Shown: one piece after another, positions 39,402 through 52,700 of the stretch
How positions within the stretch are numbered: position 1 is the first letter of the stretch
Layout: the number at the start of each line of letters is the position of its first letter
Source of the DNA: Tubulanus polymorphus
Lineage: Eukaryota > Animalia > Nemertea
DNA length: 64,000 nucleotides
Direction of reading: 5' to 3'
Assembly (NCBI RefSeq): GCF_964204645.1
Contig: NC_134028.1
Coordinates: forward strand, 4,030,001-4,094,000
Notes under the pieces: model-generated
Seen by the model: the letters and a program-made list of their open reading frames with translations, nothing else
What the model was told of the DNA's origin: nothing
Databases searched by the model: none
Program-made: the position numbers and the translations under genes

Positions 39402-40768
39402 ATGTTTAGATATTCTGCTTCCCTCGTGTTGGTATTTGTCTGGTGTTTACTGCAAGTTAACGCTGAAGACTGGGCCAATGAGATGGACAAGCTTCTAGAC
39501 TTCACCTGCCCTACCGGCGAGTACATATATTCGATTAAAAGCACTCACAGCAATTACTATCAAGATAGAAGGTTTGAATTCAAGTGTAAGGCCGGTTTCG
39601 TTAGTAACGACTGCACGAGGTCTGATTTTGTAAATAACATGGATAAACTGATGGACTACGTCTGTCCAAATGGTGGTATTCTGGCAGGAGTATATGCTGA
39701 GCATTCTAACCATTATGATGACAGAAGATTTAAATTGACCTGTTGTGGGGTACGTAGACAATCATTTAATCTAAATAGTGATATTAAATGATATTCCTAT
39801 GAGGCTATTTCTTTCCTTCAATTTTAAGCTGATAACGAAAAATGGTTTGAGATGTGGTTGGAGCGATTTTCTCAACTCTTTCAATGGATACCTGAATTAT
39901 CAGGTACCTGCGGGTAAAGCTATTGTTGGCATGTACAGTACCCATAGTAACTCTCCTGAGTAAGTACCTTTTTCAATTCCTGACATGTTTCATCAAATCG
40001 AACTTGGTCAATATCATCGATACCCTCTCTTAAATTCCCTTCAGAGATCGCCGGTTCAAAGTTAGAACATGTGAGTTTGCTACGTGCCAGGCTACCAGAA
40101 TACGGATTCTCGATGAGGTCGTCCCAACAGAAACCGGCCAAAGAGTTGTAGGCATCACTACTACACAATCCTGTACACCTGGCAGCAGTAATTCCTTATC
40201 CCTGTCGGCTACTGATTCCCTGGAAGAAACTACTTCCGTCACAGTCAGCGAAGGAGGAGATTTTACATTCACGTCAACTATTTCCGTTGAGGCTACGGCA
40301 TCTGCTGAATTCCTTGGGAATGGTGGATCTATAACTTTGGGCTTTTCACAGTCATTTGGTGGTTCAACTTCGTGGGAAACATCGACAACTACAGAAACGT
40401 CAACAGGCAGCTCTTCATCATCCGAGAAGTCAACCAGCTTCACTGGGCCGGGTGCAGCACTTGTCATCGGACATACCAGAGAGTACACATTCAACACGAA
40501 TAATATCAACGCGGCTGTTGATGTTGTTTGCAGTGACGGTGTAACATTCGTCAAGTCAACCACTATCAATCTAAGCGCCAAATCATACGGTGTGACCCAC
40601 TACAACACGCATACAGCTCATTTCACTTCTGTTGACCACTGCACCGACACCACGAGAAATTGCATCAGAAACATAGAAGGTGAAAAGGGTCTTGAACCTG
40701 ATGTCATCTTCAACGATTTCGAAAGTTGTTTCAGTGGTGGAATTGCCACCGTCTACAAAAAGAAGTAA
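39402..40768 (+). CDS. Secreted dermatopontin/HAAF domain fused to a putative aerolysin/ETX-MTX2-like domain, copy B (400 aa)
   Basis: Exons 39402-39749, 39829-39959 and 40045-40768, same sizes as copy A; hairpin TISVEATASAEFLGNGGSITLGFSQSFG. Confidence 0.85.
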
Positions 40769-42205
40769 AAAAGTAACGATTCATTTTCTTGCGTTGATAA
40801 ATTACATACAAGATTTCACTGCAATAAAACGATTGCTGAATGAAGTAAAGAATGAACAAGTTTTTAGTTCTTCCTAGTTTGATTTTTCATTCAAACACTA
40901 CTCTTCAAAATTTGACGATTCGAATACCAAAATCGACGATAATGATGAACACGATAATGTGAAAGTGAGAGTATTGTCGAATTTCATGGTAGACAGATTT
41001 CATGAATGAGAAAACATTACAGAGGGAATAGCGATAGGTTAAACAAACGGTCAGAAAACCCTAGTAATTGCGTCATTGTGATGTTTATATGCGATACGTT
41101 AAAATAAAATGAAAGAAGTAAAGGAACCCAACGGCGAGAGAGCGGGTCTGATCCGAGGAGCAAGCCGACCGAGTAGACGTCATTTCAAATAAGCTACGTA
41201 ATTTCGTCACACCTGACAGTTTAATTTTCAAAGAAGGAAGATCGGAAAGTTTAAAGGCTAAGCCAAATGTGGTAAGTTGTGGTGGCGGTAGTTATCTTCT
41301 AAAGATCACGACTACCCAATAGCATTCGTGCAGTCATCGGGCATCATTCCGGCAATCTCTCAACTGAACGGAGCTTTTAATACGTTACGACCTGTCTCTA
41401 ATGGAAAATAGCCTCGACGACGAATAGGGTAGGCGCCACCGCTAATGTGTAAAATTTCCATATTGACAGATTCTATTAGTAGCGAACGTTCATTTGAATT
41501 GACAACATGAGAAAAAAATTAGAAAATCGATTTTCCATTCAACGGAAGTTCGTACGTCCCAAATTTTCTGGCATATGAGATGAATCAACTGAACAGATGA
41601 CAGATTTGCCTGGGACGTATAACGCGCTTTAGATAACTATAATCATACAGGGTCTGGCTCCTCAGTAGCTGGTGCATCCTGAAGAGACAATCAGTCCAAC
41701 AGCTACCATGCAGGCAGTCCGGTCCTGAGCGGCATCTCGCAAGGTGGAACAGGTGGCGCTCTGTTTTCAGATGATAGTACCTCGAAATTTGTATTCGCTT
41801 ATATATCGAAATTGTAATAGAAATTTCATGGATTTCAAAACCCACCAATTTAAGCTTGGGTATTTTTTTCGCACAAACATAACGCATTCCTGCAATCGTT
41901 TCTCCTCCTCTATACATATGCAAATACAGTAATGTTGCGTCTATTCTCTACTTGATATCATCCACATCCGCAGATTGTTTGAAATAACTGTTTTCATGTT
42001 GATCGATGGTCGTGATTTACAAAGACATTTTACCTTATAATACCGGTTACACTGTAAAACGATATCATCACTGCCGAGCGATCTGCATATCCGTCAAAAT
42101 AGGAAACGGTGTGAAACGAAGTGATATTTGATTTGAGAGTTGATTCAGGCGATAAGAAAAGAGAAAACTATTCTCTTAATCTAAAAATGGATCGAAATCT
42201 AATTA

Positions 42206-42257
42206 TGCTACCATAAACATACTCTATCCACGTGGATAGAGTATGTTTATGGTAGCA
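42206..42257. repeat. Perfect 52-bp palindrome
   Basis: TGCTACCATAAACATACTCTATCCAC|GTGGATAGAGTATGTTTATGGTAGCA, no spacer and no mismatch. Confidence 0.95.
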
Positions 42258-42730
42258 AGGGACAGTTAGTGTTGTCTATCCACTGGTAAACTGTCACCAA
42301 ACTTTGAGCAACAGGCCTCCCTGCAGCCTTTAATGAAAAAGAAGGTAAATAATGCGCATTTTTTACAAATATCTCAGTTGCTCATCCGGGCTGTTGATGA
42401 AACATGTAATGCCTTTCGACAAGCGTGTTTTAAAATGTGTAAAAAAGGTGTTAGGTTCAACTAAGGAAAGAGCAAATTGGGATGATAACAAGATACCTTG
42501 GAATGCCTGGAGAATATCAAGTGCACAAGTGCTAAAAGGCGTCAGATCTTTCTTTCGTGACCGCTTCTAAGACGACAGATAATCCGACCACCTCATTGGA
42601 CAATTCCCAAGTGACGTCATCAGCCGAACTATCGCCGGTGATCGATTACGCAGCAGTAGCGTGCTAGATTCTCATCTTCGTGACAAATTATTTTAACGAT
42701 TGTCAAATAATTTCTTTTCTTCGCCAAAAC

Positions 42731-45700
42731 ATGGTTGAATTTTCAATACCGTTAATCAATCTCGAGGATAGAAATCTAACGTATAATCAAACAGACACGA
42801 TGGGATTTAATGAAAACGCGAATATCAATACGAATCAGTTTGTAATGCCACTTGAGTTAAAGATATCATTTTCATTAGTTTATGTTCCGATGGTCTTTGT
42901 AGCTGTTTGCGGTAATCTGATCACGATTTGGATAGTTATCGCTCACAAACGAATGCGCACAGTAACTAATTATTTCTTAGTAAATCTAGCGTTTGCGGAT
43001 CTGTCAATTTCTGCGTTCACCGTGATGTTCAACTTCGTTTACATGTTAAACAGTCATTGGCCTTTCGGTTTGATTTACTGCAAATACTCGTTTTTCTTAT
43101 CGGTGGTCACAATTACAGCTAGTGTATTGACATTTCTGGCGATTGCACTTGACAGGTAAGAAATAACTAACTTTACGATATTTTTGTAACAATATTCAGT
43201 TATTTAAGAACATCATATACAGAGGATGTTTGTTAACTTATGAATCTAGCCATGCCCGGGAAATTTTAGTTAAAAGGCGGAAGAATTTATGGTTTTGGTT
43301 ACTGAGAAACTGGATTTGATGGTTTCGTGCTAGTTGTGTCAAAACTGTTCAAATCGTAATCAAAACCTTAAATATCACACTACCATTTCTATGAAAAAAC
43401 GTGAAAAAGTTAAATTTCAACGAATTTTCTTTCAGATACGTCGCAATAGTTCACCCTCTTCGCCCGCGCATGAGCGCCCGAACAGCGTGGAGTGTTATTG
43501 CGGGAATATGGACGTTAGCCGCCTGTGTTTCAATGCCTCGGATGATATTCGCTGATGTACTGGAACATCGATACGATGACGGGTCTAGCCGAACTGTCTG
43601 TTTCGTATTGTGGCCTGACGGGGTCTCCAACAAGTGGGACTTCGGGTGAGTATCGGCAATCGCTGCAAAACTATATGACATTCGACCGCCTCTTTACAGG
43701 GAATACTCTATCAACGGTGTTTCGACAGCGAAAGGCATTTTTTGTTTTTTGTTTCGAGCAAATCGATAGGAAGGATATTTTCCAGACCGACAATCTAACT
43801 CGAAAAAAAAACGAATGAGAGATTAGGTAGACGATGTATAAACTATCTTTTTTATCCCATGGCTTCCTGGCAGGAAATGAACGAGCTAGCAAACAAATAA
43901 CAAAAACAGAAATTATTAATAAATCACCTCCGGGGCTCATCATTTGGTCGTAACGATGCATTTCTGTCGATGAAAAGCTGTTCTGCAAATTCGGAAATAC
44001 CTGTTGTGGGTTAAATATAATCAGGAAGGGCTACGCATTAGCCTGAGGGCTTGTAGCAATTTCTCCTTTCGCATCTTTTTCTAATCGAAAACAATACCGC
44101 TCCGAGGCGTTAATTTGAATTCAACTGCTGCACTCAACGTAAAACCTCTTTTTATTGGTTCAGTTTACGACGACATTCAATTCAAATAAAGCGCGTTAAA
44201 ATTGTCGTTCATGGCAAGAGTTACCAAGATCACGATATCGACCATAAACTCCTATAATTGGTCCCAGCGGTTATCTAATGCGTTACCGGTATAGTCGTCA
44301 CAAGCTTGTAATTTTTTTCATTGGTGATACTCAGGTGGTGTGCATTTGTCAATATAATCTATCGCTCGGCCATGAATTTCTACGTATGCATTTCCTCACT
44401 TCGAGATCTTTTCAAAAGAAGCTTCCACCACGACGTGTCTGAGGATTTTTTTGTGATAGTGATAGAATTACCTCACGAAACTCAAAGACGGCTATTGATC
44501 TATCGGTAAAAGCCTGGTCGACCTATCGTCATTAACATTTTTAACTGCGAGGTTGTTGGATCCTAACATCTTTCCAATGAATCCCATCAAACACACCTTT
44601 TTTACGCCAGTTACTGAGAGAGGCGGAGATAAGTGGAATTGATTTGTCATGTTGTAACGCTATCCTTACAGTGTTCGAATATTCATTTAATCAAAACTAA
44701 ATCTTTTTTCACTGTTCATCACTGTTTCATTGTAGCTCAGTAATTCACCCATAAGTCAGTAATTCTTAAATACACTGGTAAATCCTTTTTGACGCCGTAA
44801 AAACCGTTTAAATAATGTTTATATACATTGATACCAATAAGGTGTAAAGCGGTTCTGTGTTAGCCAATTTGCGCTATATCATCAATATTAGCGTTTCAAA
44901 ATAACAATAACAGTTGCGAATTTTGGCATTTATTTTGTAATAAAGTATACTTAATATGTCTTATTTTATTTTTGACAAATTTTGATAATTATTTTGATAG
45001 GATGTGCACTGCGTCATCAATATATCGGGGCTAGACTGGTTGCCTTCAGTTCAATTATCGTAATTCAAATCCAAAATAACTTTATTGGTCCTTACTATTA
45101 TATAATTCATTTTATGTTCTTTATTGTCAAAAATATCAAGCAAGTTTACTAATCCTTTTTCTCCCCAATCAAATTAATCGTTCGCAGTGCAGTTAGTACG
45201 TACATGTGCTGCATGAAAACTGTGTGATCAAACAGTAAGACATAATTCAAATATACAGGTGATGTTGATTGTTAGCTCATCCAAGGATAAGTCATCTTCT
45301 TCGGCCCGGGCCAAAAATGCTTGTGTGATATAGCGGCTATTGATGTCAGATTAGAATACGCTTGATGTCGGTGATGTGTTGTCGTTCTTCACATACTGAT
45401 GTTTTTATGTCTTCCAATATCACTAACAAGTTATCACGGTTTCTAACGAACCGTGTATCGCCTCTCGAGATGTCAGTCTATGGATTTCTACTATCCATGA
45501 CGAAACATCACATAATTCTTAATCTACAGGCAGTGATACAAGCTAAACTTAAATTGTGTATCATTTACGATTTCTAATTAATGTTTTATTAATGAGTGTC
45601 TCATTAACTATAAGGATGTCTACGTGTAAATCTTAATTTCCTCTTTTCTCTTTCAGATACACTATTTTTGTTATAATTGTGAACTACGTCATCCCGATGG

Positions 45701-46612
45701 TCGTGCTCGGTGTTGCCTACACGCGTATCGGTATGAAATTATGGGGCAGCAAAGTGATCGGAGAGAATTCACTTGGACAAGGTGATAATGTCCGATCTAA
45801 GAAAAGGGTAGGCGTAACAACAAAATGAACTACTGCAATGAAATATACACAATAACTTGACGACTTTATTTATTAAGCGATAGTTTATTCACGTTAACAG
45901 GTAGTCAAAATGATGATAACAGTAGTGTTGCTATTTGCCGTTTGTTGGATGCCACAACATTTATATTTCATCATAACCAGCGTCAATATCAACATCACTC
46001 TGACCAGACAAGCTCAATACATCTATTTGGCTATTTACTGGTTGGCAATGAGCAACTCCATGTACAATCCCTTCATATATTGTTGGATGAATTCGAGGTA
46101 AGTTTCATCGAACTAAGAAACGGGTGTATTTAACCGTGTACTCAACACGACCGTAAGACAATGGCTTTAAATAATCAGTAAAATTGCTGGCCTTTCCTTG
46201 TGGGAGAAAGGTCTTCGTACGCGTAGCAGATTGTGGAATTCATTTATTACTACAACTATTTTTCTTCAGGTTTCGACAAGGTTTCAAAAGTGTATTTAAA
46301 TGGATCCCGTGCGCGGCGCGGTCAGAACGACAAGCGAATAATAACTGCAGCCGCGGATCAGCCGGAAAATCATCAGGACGAGAACGCACGAGCACGGTTA
46401 TAGAGACATTCAGATGCGAGAGACTGAAACTAACGACATCGCTCGACGGATCAGACGATAAAAACAACATCCAGTTACAGTCAGCAAATCCGACCCGCAG
46501 ACACCAGCATCAAAAATACTACTACCGCAGCCAACGCGTTCAACAACAACTCGCCGAATCGCCTGCCAGATCTCGAAAAACAAAGTTTCTTTATACAAAC
46601 ACAGAGTTCTGA
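42731..46612 (+). CDS. Tachykinin-like peptide receptor (class A GPCR, TACR/TkR86C/TkR99D-like)
   Basis: Exons 42731-43155, 43436-43645, 45657-45807, 45901-46097 and 46270-46612. Motifs [94 protein letters not shown]. Confidence 0.9.
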
Positions 46613-46762
46613 TTCTCTCACAATTACGACGCTGGTATCTGTTGGCCGTTTTTCATTATGTTTCTCTATTTCAAATGATTTACAACACGTTCGATTAAAA
46701 CTTGAACTATATTTTACCGATACAACAACGAGACCGAAAAGTTGCTTCGATAAGGTATTTCA

Positions 46763-49700
46763 TTAATTAACGCGGTTATGCCTTAAGCGAGCCATGATGT
46801 CAATCGATAAAAACGTATATAGAATCGGATTGATCGCTGAATTGATCGGCAAGATGACCATAATCATAACTGCGGACCACATATTAGGAATATCCACTCC
46901 GTTGATGATGGCAATGTAATAGCCAATCACCGGGATCCAACACGAAACGTGTAACAGAAATATAGGCATCAGACGTTTGACATTGAGGAGTTCAGCTTCA
47001 AAATGGTGACCGGGCTTAAGACTATTAGTTCGCTTAACCTGAGAACGAAGCGAGGCGTAAGCGGCAAGAATCAGTAAAATACAAATACCGTCAAAGCAGA
47101 TGAATACACCGAATATGAACTGACGGGTATTCGTATCTGGTAATGTGAGAGGTAAGCAAACAGCGTTACGACTGTAGAAACCGCGATCAAGAATCACGGG
47201 AACAGAGACGAGTACGAGACAGAAGAGCCAAACGCACAAACAAATGAATATAGGTAACCATATCGAAGTCGTTTTCGCGCCCTTCCAGATTGTCACCATT
47301 CGTTCAATAGCGATGACGAGAATAAAGATTAAAGAACACTGCGATGAAATGAACACAAGGATACCAGAAAATGTACAGAGGCCACTACTTTCCCATTCAG
47401 TTGCGTGAATGTAATACGTACCGTGATAGTACTTATCGGCGAAGGCAATAATAATCAGATATATACCCATAATAGCATCAGAAGCGGCCAAGTTTACTGT
47501 GAACACAATAGTGGCAGTGTATCTCAAATTCTTGTCCAGTAATCGCCAGATGATGACAAAGATATTCCCGAGCAAGGCACAAAATCCCATTATCCAGACT
47601 GCTACTTCAACAATATCATTACCTATCAGTTCATTGCATGAAGAAAACACGTCGTTTCTCGGCTCGCAATGCGTACCTTGATGGACGAGACAACAAAATT
47701 TATAGGAATCAGTTTGCAAATGCCGGAGTGATTTCATGAGGTGGAAAGTAGATAGAGGTATGGTTGTAATCCGATTCATGCGAAGGTCTATATGATATAA
47801 GTAGGAGAGATTGTAGAACACGTTTGGCATGATTTTTTCCATTCCGTTTTCGTTCAAGCTGAGACTTTCCAAGGAATAAAGACCTGTAAACATACCCTCA
47901 GTCAGAATACGTATAGCCAGGCCGCTGAGGTCAAGATTTGTTATACTCGTCAATCCCAAAAATGCTCCCTGATTAATTCTTATGAATTTGTTCCCTTGTA
48001 AAACTATTCGCTTCAGATTTCTGAGATCGGCAAATACTCCCGTCATCAACGTAGATAGAGCATTATTTCGTAGGTTAAGATCAAAAACATTCGCAAGTTT
48101 TTGGAATATTTCAGTCGACAAATTACTGATTTTGTTTGAAGACAGATCTAGTCGTCCTAAGAAAGGGAAGCGGTTAAGGGCAATCGAGTGAATTTCTATC
48201 CGAGAATTATGCATCAAAAGTGCCCGAATAGACGACGGTAAATTGTCGATGGCTTCTATGTTAACCAAGGCGTTAGCGCACTGGACACTATAACCAACAC
48301 AAGTACACATCTTTGGACATCTATCACTCATATCACAGAGTAATTCATCTTCTTTGGTCAACGGGCATTGGATATACCCATTACATATATCCGACTGGTT
48401 TACTGAAGCAGAGCTCTTTCTACATCTAAGACGTCCGGCGGAATGGTGAATGTTGCAATTCCGTTCATCAAAACCTGCCGCGCAATCCCAAATACCGTCA
48501 CATACTTTGTACCCTGGTATGCAGTGCGAACGTGGACATTTCAACATTCCCGTCGGGCATTGGAATTCTTCACAGTTTAGTAAATGCTCCATTTTATTAC
48601 ATACGAACTTAAAAAACTGATCCGGTTCGTATATGCATCTTTCCTTGTCCGTATAACAATTCAGAGATGAAGGGGAACAGCGATGAAAACCTGGCTCCGT
48701 ATCACATGATGAACTGCTATGATTTGTAGGTGGCATTTCATCTTGTTTTGGTCCGGGGCAATCATCTATATCATCGCTAACAAAACTGCTACTGACACAA
48801 TCGCCGTTAGAGCACTGAAATCCGTTACAAGTCTTACAATCAACTTCGTCCGATGAATCGAGGCAATTCGCCTTGCCATTGCACCAAAGTAGACTATCGA
48901 TGCACTCTCCGCTTGAACACGATATTTCGTTTTTCTTACAGGCAGGATACACACAGGATATCTCATCGCTACCGTCAGCGCAGTCTTGGATAAAGTCGCA
49001 ATACGACGAAATTGAAATGCAATTCCCATTTTGACATTGATATTGATGCTGACCACATGTACAGTTTCGTTCGTCTTCATCAAAAGGACAATCGATCACA
49101 CCATCGCAGAGTCTATGGCTATGAACGCAAGAGCCATCGTAACATTGAAACTGTTCTCCAGAACAAGTCACCTCACCCGAGTTATTACGTTGGCAAAGTA
49201 CTCTTGAATTATTTTCAAAACTTTTGCACGAGGCAGAATCGAAAGCAGTGGAGTTGATCGAGAAACATTGCCATTCAACATCTTCTGAACCGACCACCAT
49301 CGGAAGCAAAACGGCAAACGTTTTACGAAGGAACATGGACAAATACCGGACCTCAGATGCTGCAACTCTGACTAGCATGTCACCCCTTGACTTGCATACG
49401 TCATCAAGATTCCCTGTATTATGAGTTACACACATACAAGAATGATTATATAAAACGTAATCTGTGGGACATACCTGGTCCAATTGTAGACGGTCCGATT
49501 CGTTAGTGTTCGAACCTATCTCGCAAAAAAATGAACTTCGCTGTTTAAACTGACATGGGAATCTCGCCCAGTTTGCTTTGCCGCGTGGATTGTTCAGCAA
49601 CATTGCAGTACACTGTATGCTAGGATTTAGAATTGGTTGATTCCGATTGACTGGGATAATCGTTCTTAGGCTTTCGTGGACAGTATCGTTTTTAGTCGGT

Positions 49701-52700
49701 GTATACCATTCTGTGAAGGCAACCGGATTACCGTTTGACCAATGGTGTCTTCGTTCCTGTAGATACACAAAAGAGACAGGCGCGTATGTTTGAAAAACAT
49801 TGATTAACTTTGATTTTTAAACATAAATGGTCAGTACTGAGAATTGCTAATTTTACTTTTCTACATAATAATCATTCCAGGGTCAGGTTCTATTTACTAT
49901 ACTTTGAATACAGTTTTTCAAGTTGATTAAGAAATAAATTAACCTGTAGACTGTAGAGGAGTCCTATGTAAATGACTGCTGGTTGCCTGGCGTAAACATC
50001 ATTCATCAAATCAAACCGAATCAACTTTTTCAAGCGCTCAGATTTCAAATGAGAATCAATACTGATCAAGAAGCCACCATCTCTCTTGCAAATACTTTCG
50101 GCGTCGAACCAGGAAACCAATGTGCCATCGTTCATAACGAAACGGACACAAGAATCAAAGAGTCGGGTGTAGTTTTTTTTACAAGCGGCGGAATTGCTGC
50201 CGTATAGATCACGTGGTCGATGCTCTTCAAGTCGTTCATACCGAATACGAAATGCTTGTCTGGAAGTGGTTTTCGAACTGCTCAAGTAAACCGCTATGTG
50301 TAGCTGCTCGGAAATTGAATAACGAACAACTGGGCCTTGCCAGATACCACATATACGATGGTAATGGTAGGTGTTCTTCGGGTAACCAAATATTTGGTCA
50401 TTCAGTTGGAGATTTGAGAACTCGCATGCCAAGGTGAAATAGTCGAAGGATAATTGATAATAGTTTAACGACACGGGTTGATCTTCGAATGGTGTGTAAC
50501 TTCTGGATCTGAAAAAGTACGTGCACGAAAAAGATGGCATGCTTCGATAAATGTCTTTGGTGAGAAGTCCACATCTCGGGGCAATAGGTATTATCATTGG
50601 CAGTACTCTGTCGTAACACGTCTGAAAGAAAATAAAAACATTCCCACATAGTGATTCATACATTCGTTTGCAAACGGAATATTTGTCGGACGATCTAATC
50701 AATCGAAATCCGCACCATTCGAATTGTCTGACGAACGTCCTGTGGTATTGCGTAAGATCAACAACAAAAATACCAAATTATAAAATAGAATTTTTGCAAA
50801 TTCACGACAGGTAGAACTCAGGATCACCCTATTTAGTGTAGAAGGGCGTACAAAAATGAATCAATTCTTACCATCGCTTTCAAACAACGGACTGCTAATT
50901 TCATCATCCATTGACCTTTATGGAGCCCGCATTCCTTCGGCAATTCGAAATACCACAGATGCGGAACAGGCAATGAGGTTGGATTTTCTGCACTACAGAT
51001 ATCTCTATTTTTTCCAAATGTCATATTTCCTTGTTCGCAATTCACATACATCAGTGATGTTTTCGGGCACGATGACGGCCTACTGCAGAAGCACTTCATT
51101 AAATCTCCGTTTGTACCACCTGAGTAGGTGGCAATCAAATACATTATATCGAAATCTATTTTTGAATAACTGCGTAATGAAATGGAGATTTTCGATTTTT
51201 TTGAAGCAGCGGATCGCCTAAAAAATTCATGTTGCTGAATTATGAGACATCCATAAATCTGAAGAGAATCGACGGTGACGTCAAGCTGGTTGGTTTTCAC
51301 TGGCGGTAGGGAGATACCTTTACAAGTGACCGTTTCAACTTTGATGGTGAAACGTATTCGCGCGTAGTTAAACCCGTAGATAAGAATGTGAATCGTGCTA
51401 CTGCTTGAAGTAACGTCAAGTGTCGGCCAGTTTCTAAGATCGCTAGTGTAGCAAAACGGACCGATTAGACGTGATTGAAAAATATTTGGCCCATCTACTA
51501 CATAAATACCAACTCGATCACACGATAATGTCTTTAGTTCTGACGGTGTACCACGGATGTTACTTAAGTCAGACAAATGTACGAATTCATTTTTTCCATT
51601 CGCTTCTATTTTCATAAGACAGAGTCCGAATATTTCTGTGAAATCGCATGCCGCGCTGACCGCTTTTTGGCTCACGATTATCGAATCCGTGTCATATTTT
51701 GTTGGACGGCAACGGCAGCTGGCATTATTCTGGCGTAAATAGAAATTCGCCCAAAACAACTGGTGGTTGTCGCGCCCAATTCGTTGAGAAAATACACGCT
51801 TTGAAATCTTCATTGCTATGAGTAATCGAAATCCCATTGATTCATAAATACCCGTGGTATTGCCGTTGTAAAACATGTCGATTGAGTCCATCAGACGAGG
51901 GTTAACTTCGATTTCACTTTCACTTATAAACAAAGAGCTAACATTAACCGAAATCATCGAGTGCCAAGAAAGTATTATTTTAAAGCGCGCATCTCCCCGA
52001 AATAGCATGGCAAATATATAATCGCGTTCAGTCTCGACATTCGGAGAAGTATTCATTGTAATTGAGTAGCGGTAGCGACCACTGGTTTGTTGCAGCTGAA
52101 AGGGTGATGACCTAACCCGCCATTTCTTTCTTTGTACCGTCGATACCGTAGCAAACACGTCTAGCAAGAAATACCCAACACAAAATAGGTTTAGCGAAAT
52201 ATCTAGATAAAACTCGTCTGATATGAAACTTTGTGGTTCGATAAGGCCGGATAGACTGGCAAGAACTTGTCCGTTAGTGTCCGATAAATTAAAATAACTA
52301 TCAGTATCCAGACTATCGGATACAGGACATAGCATAAAGTTTAAGAAGGTAATATTCAATGCATTATCCTCACGACTGATCGGCATCAGGTGAAAGCGTA
52401 ATTTTGTCGATTGCTGAAAAAGCCCAACAAATCCACTACGCTTATAATCAACTTGAAAATTACTAGAACCAAATTGTAATAACAGTCCAAAATTGTACTG
52501 GTGATAATCGTTTGATAATTCAGAAAGGTCATCTACCAAATATGTCACGTTTTCGTATCGTATTATTGCAGTGAACGGACGGCCGTTGATGTTTTCGATA
52601 TTGAACGCTTTACGAGTTTGAAAACTTAACGATTTCCTACTATAGATAGGTTGCAGTTGGTATGATTTTCTCAAGCCTGCACGTACTATGAATGCTGGAT

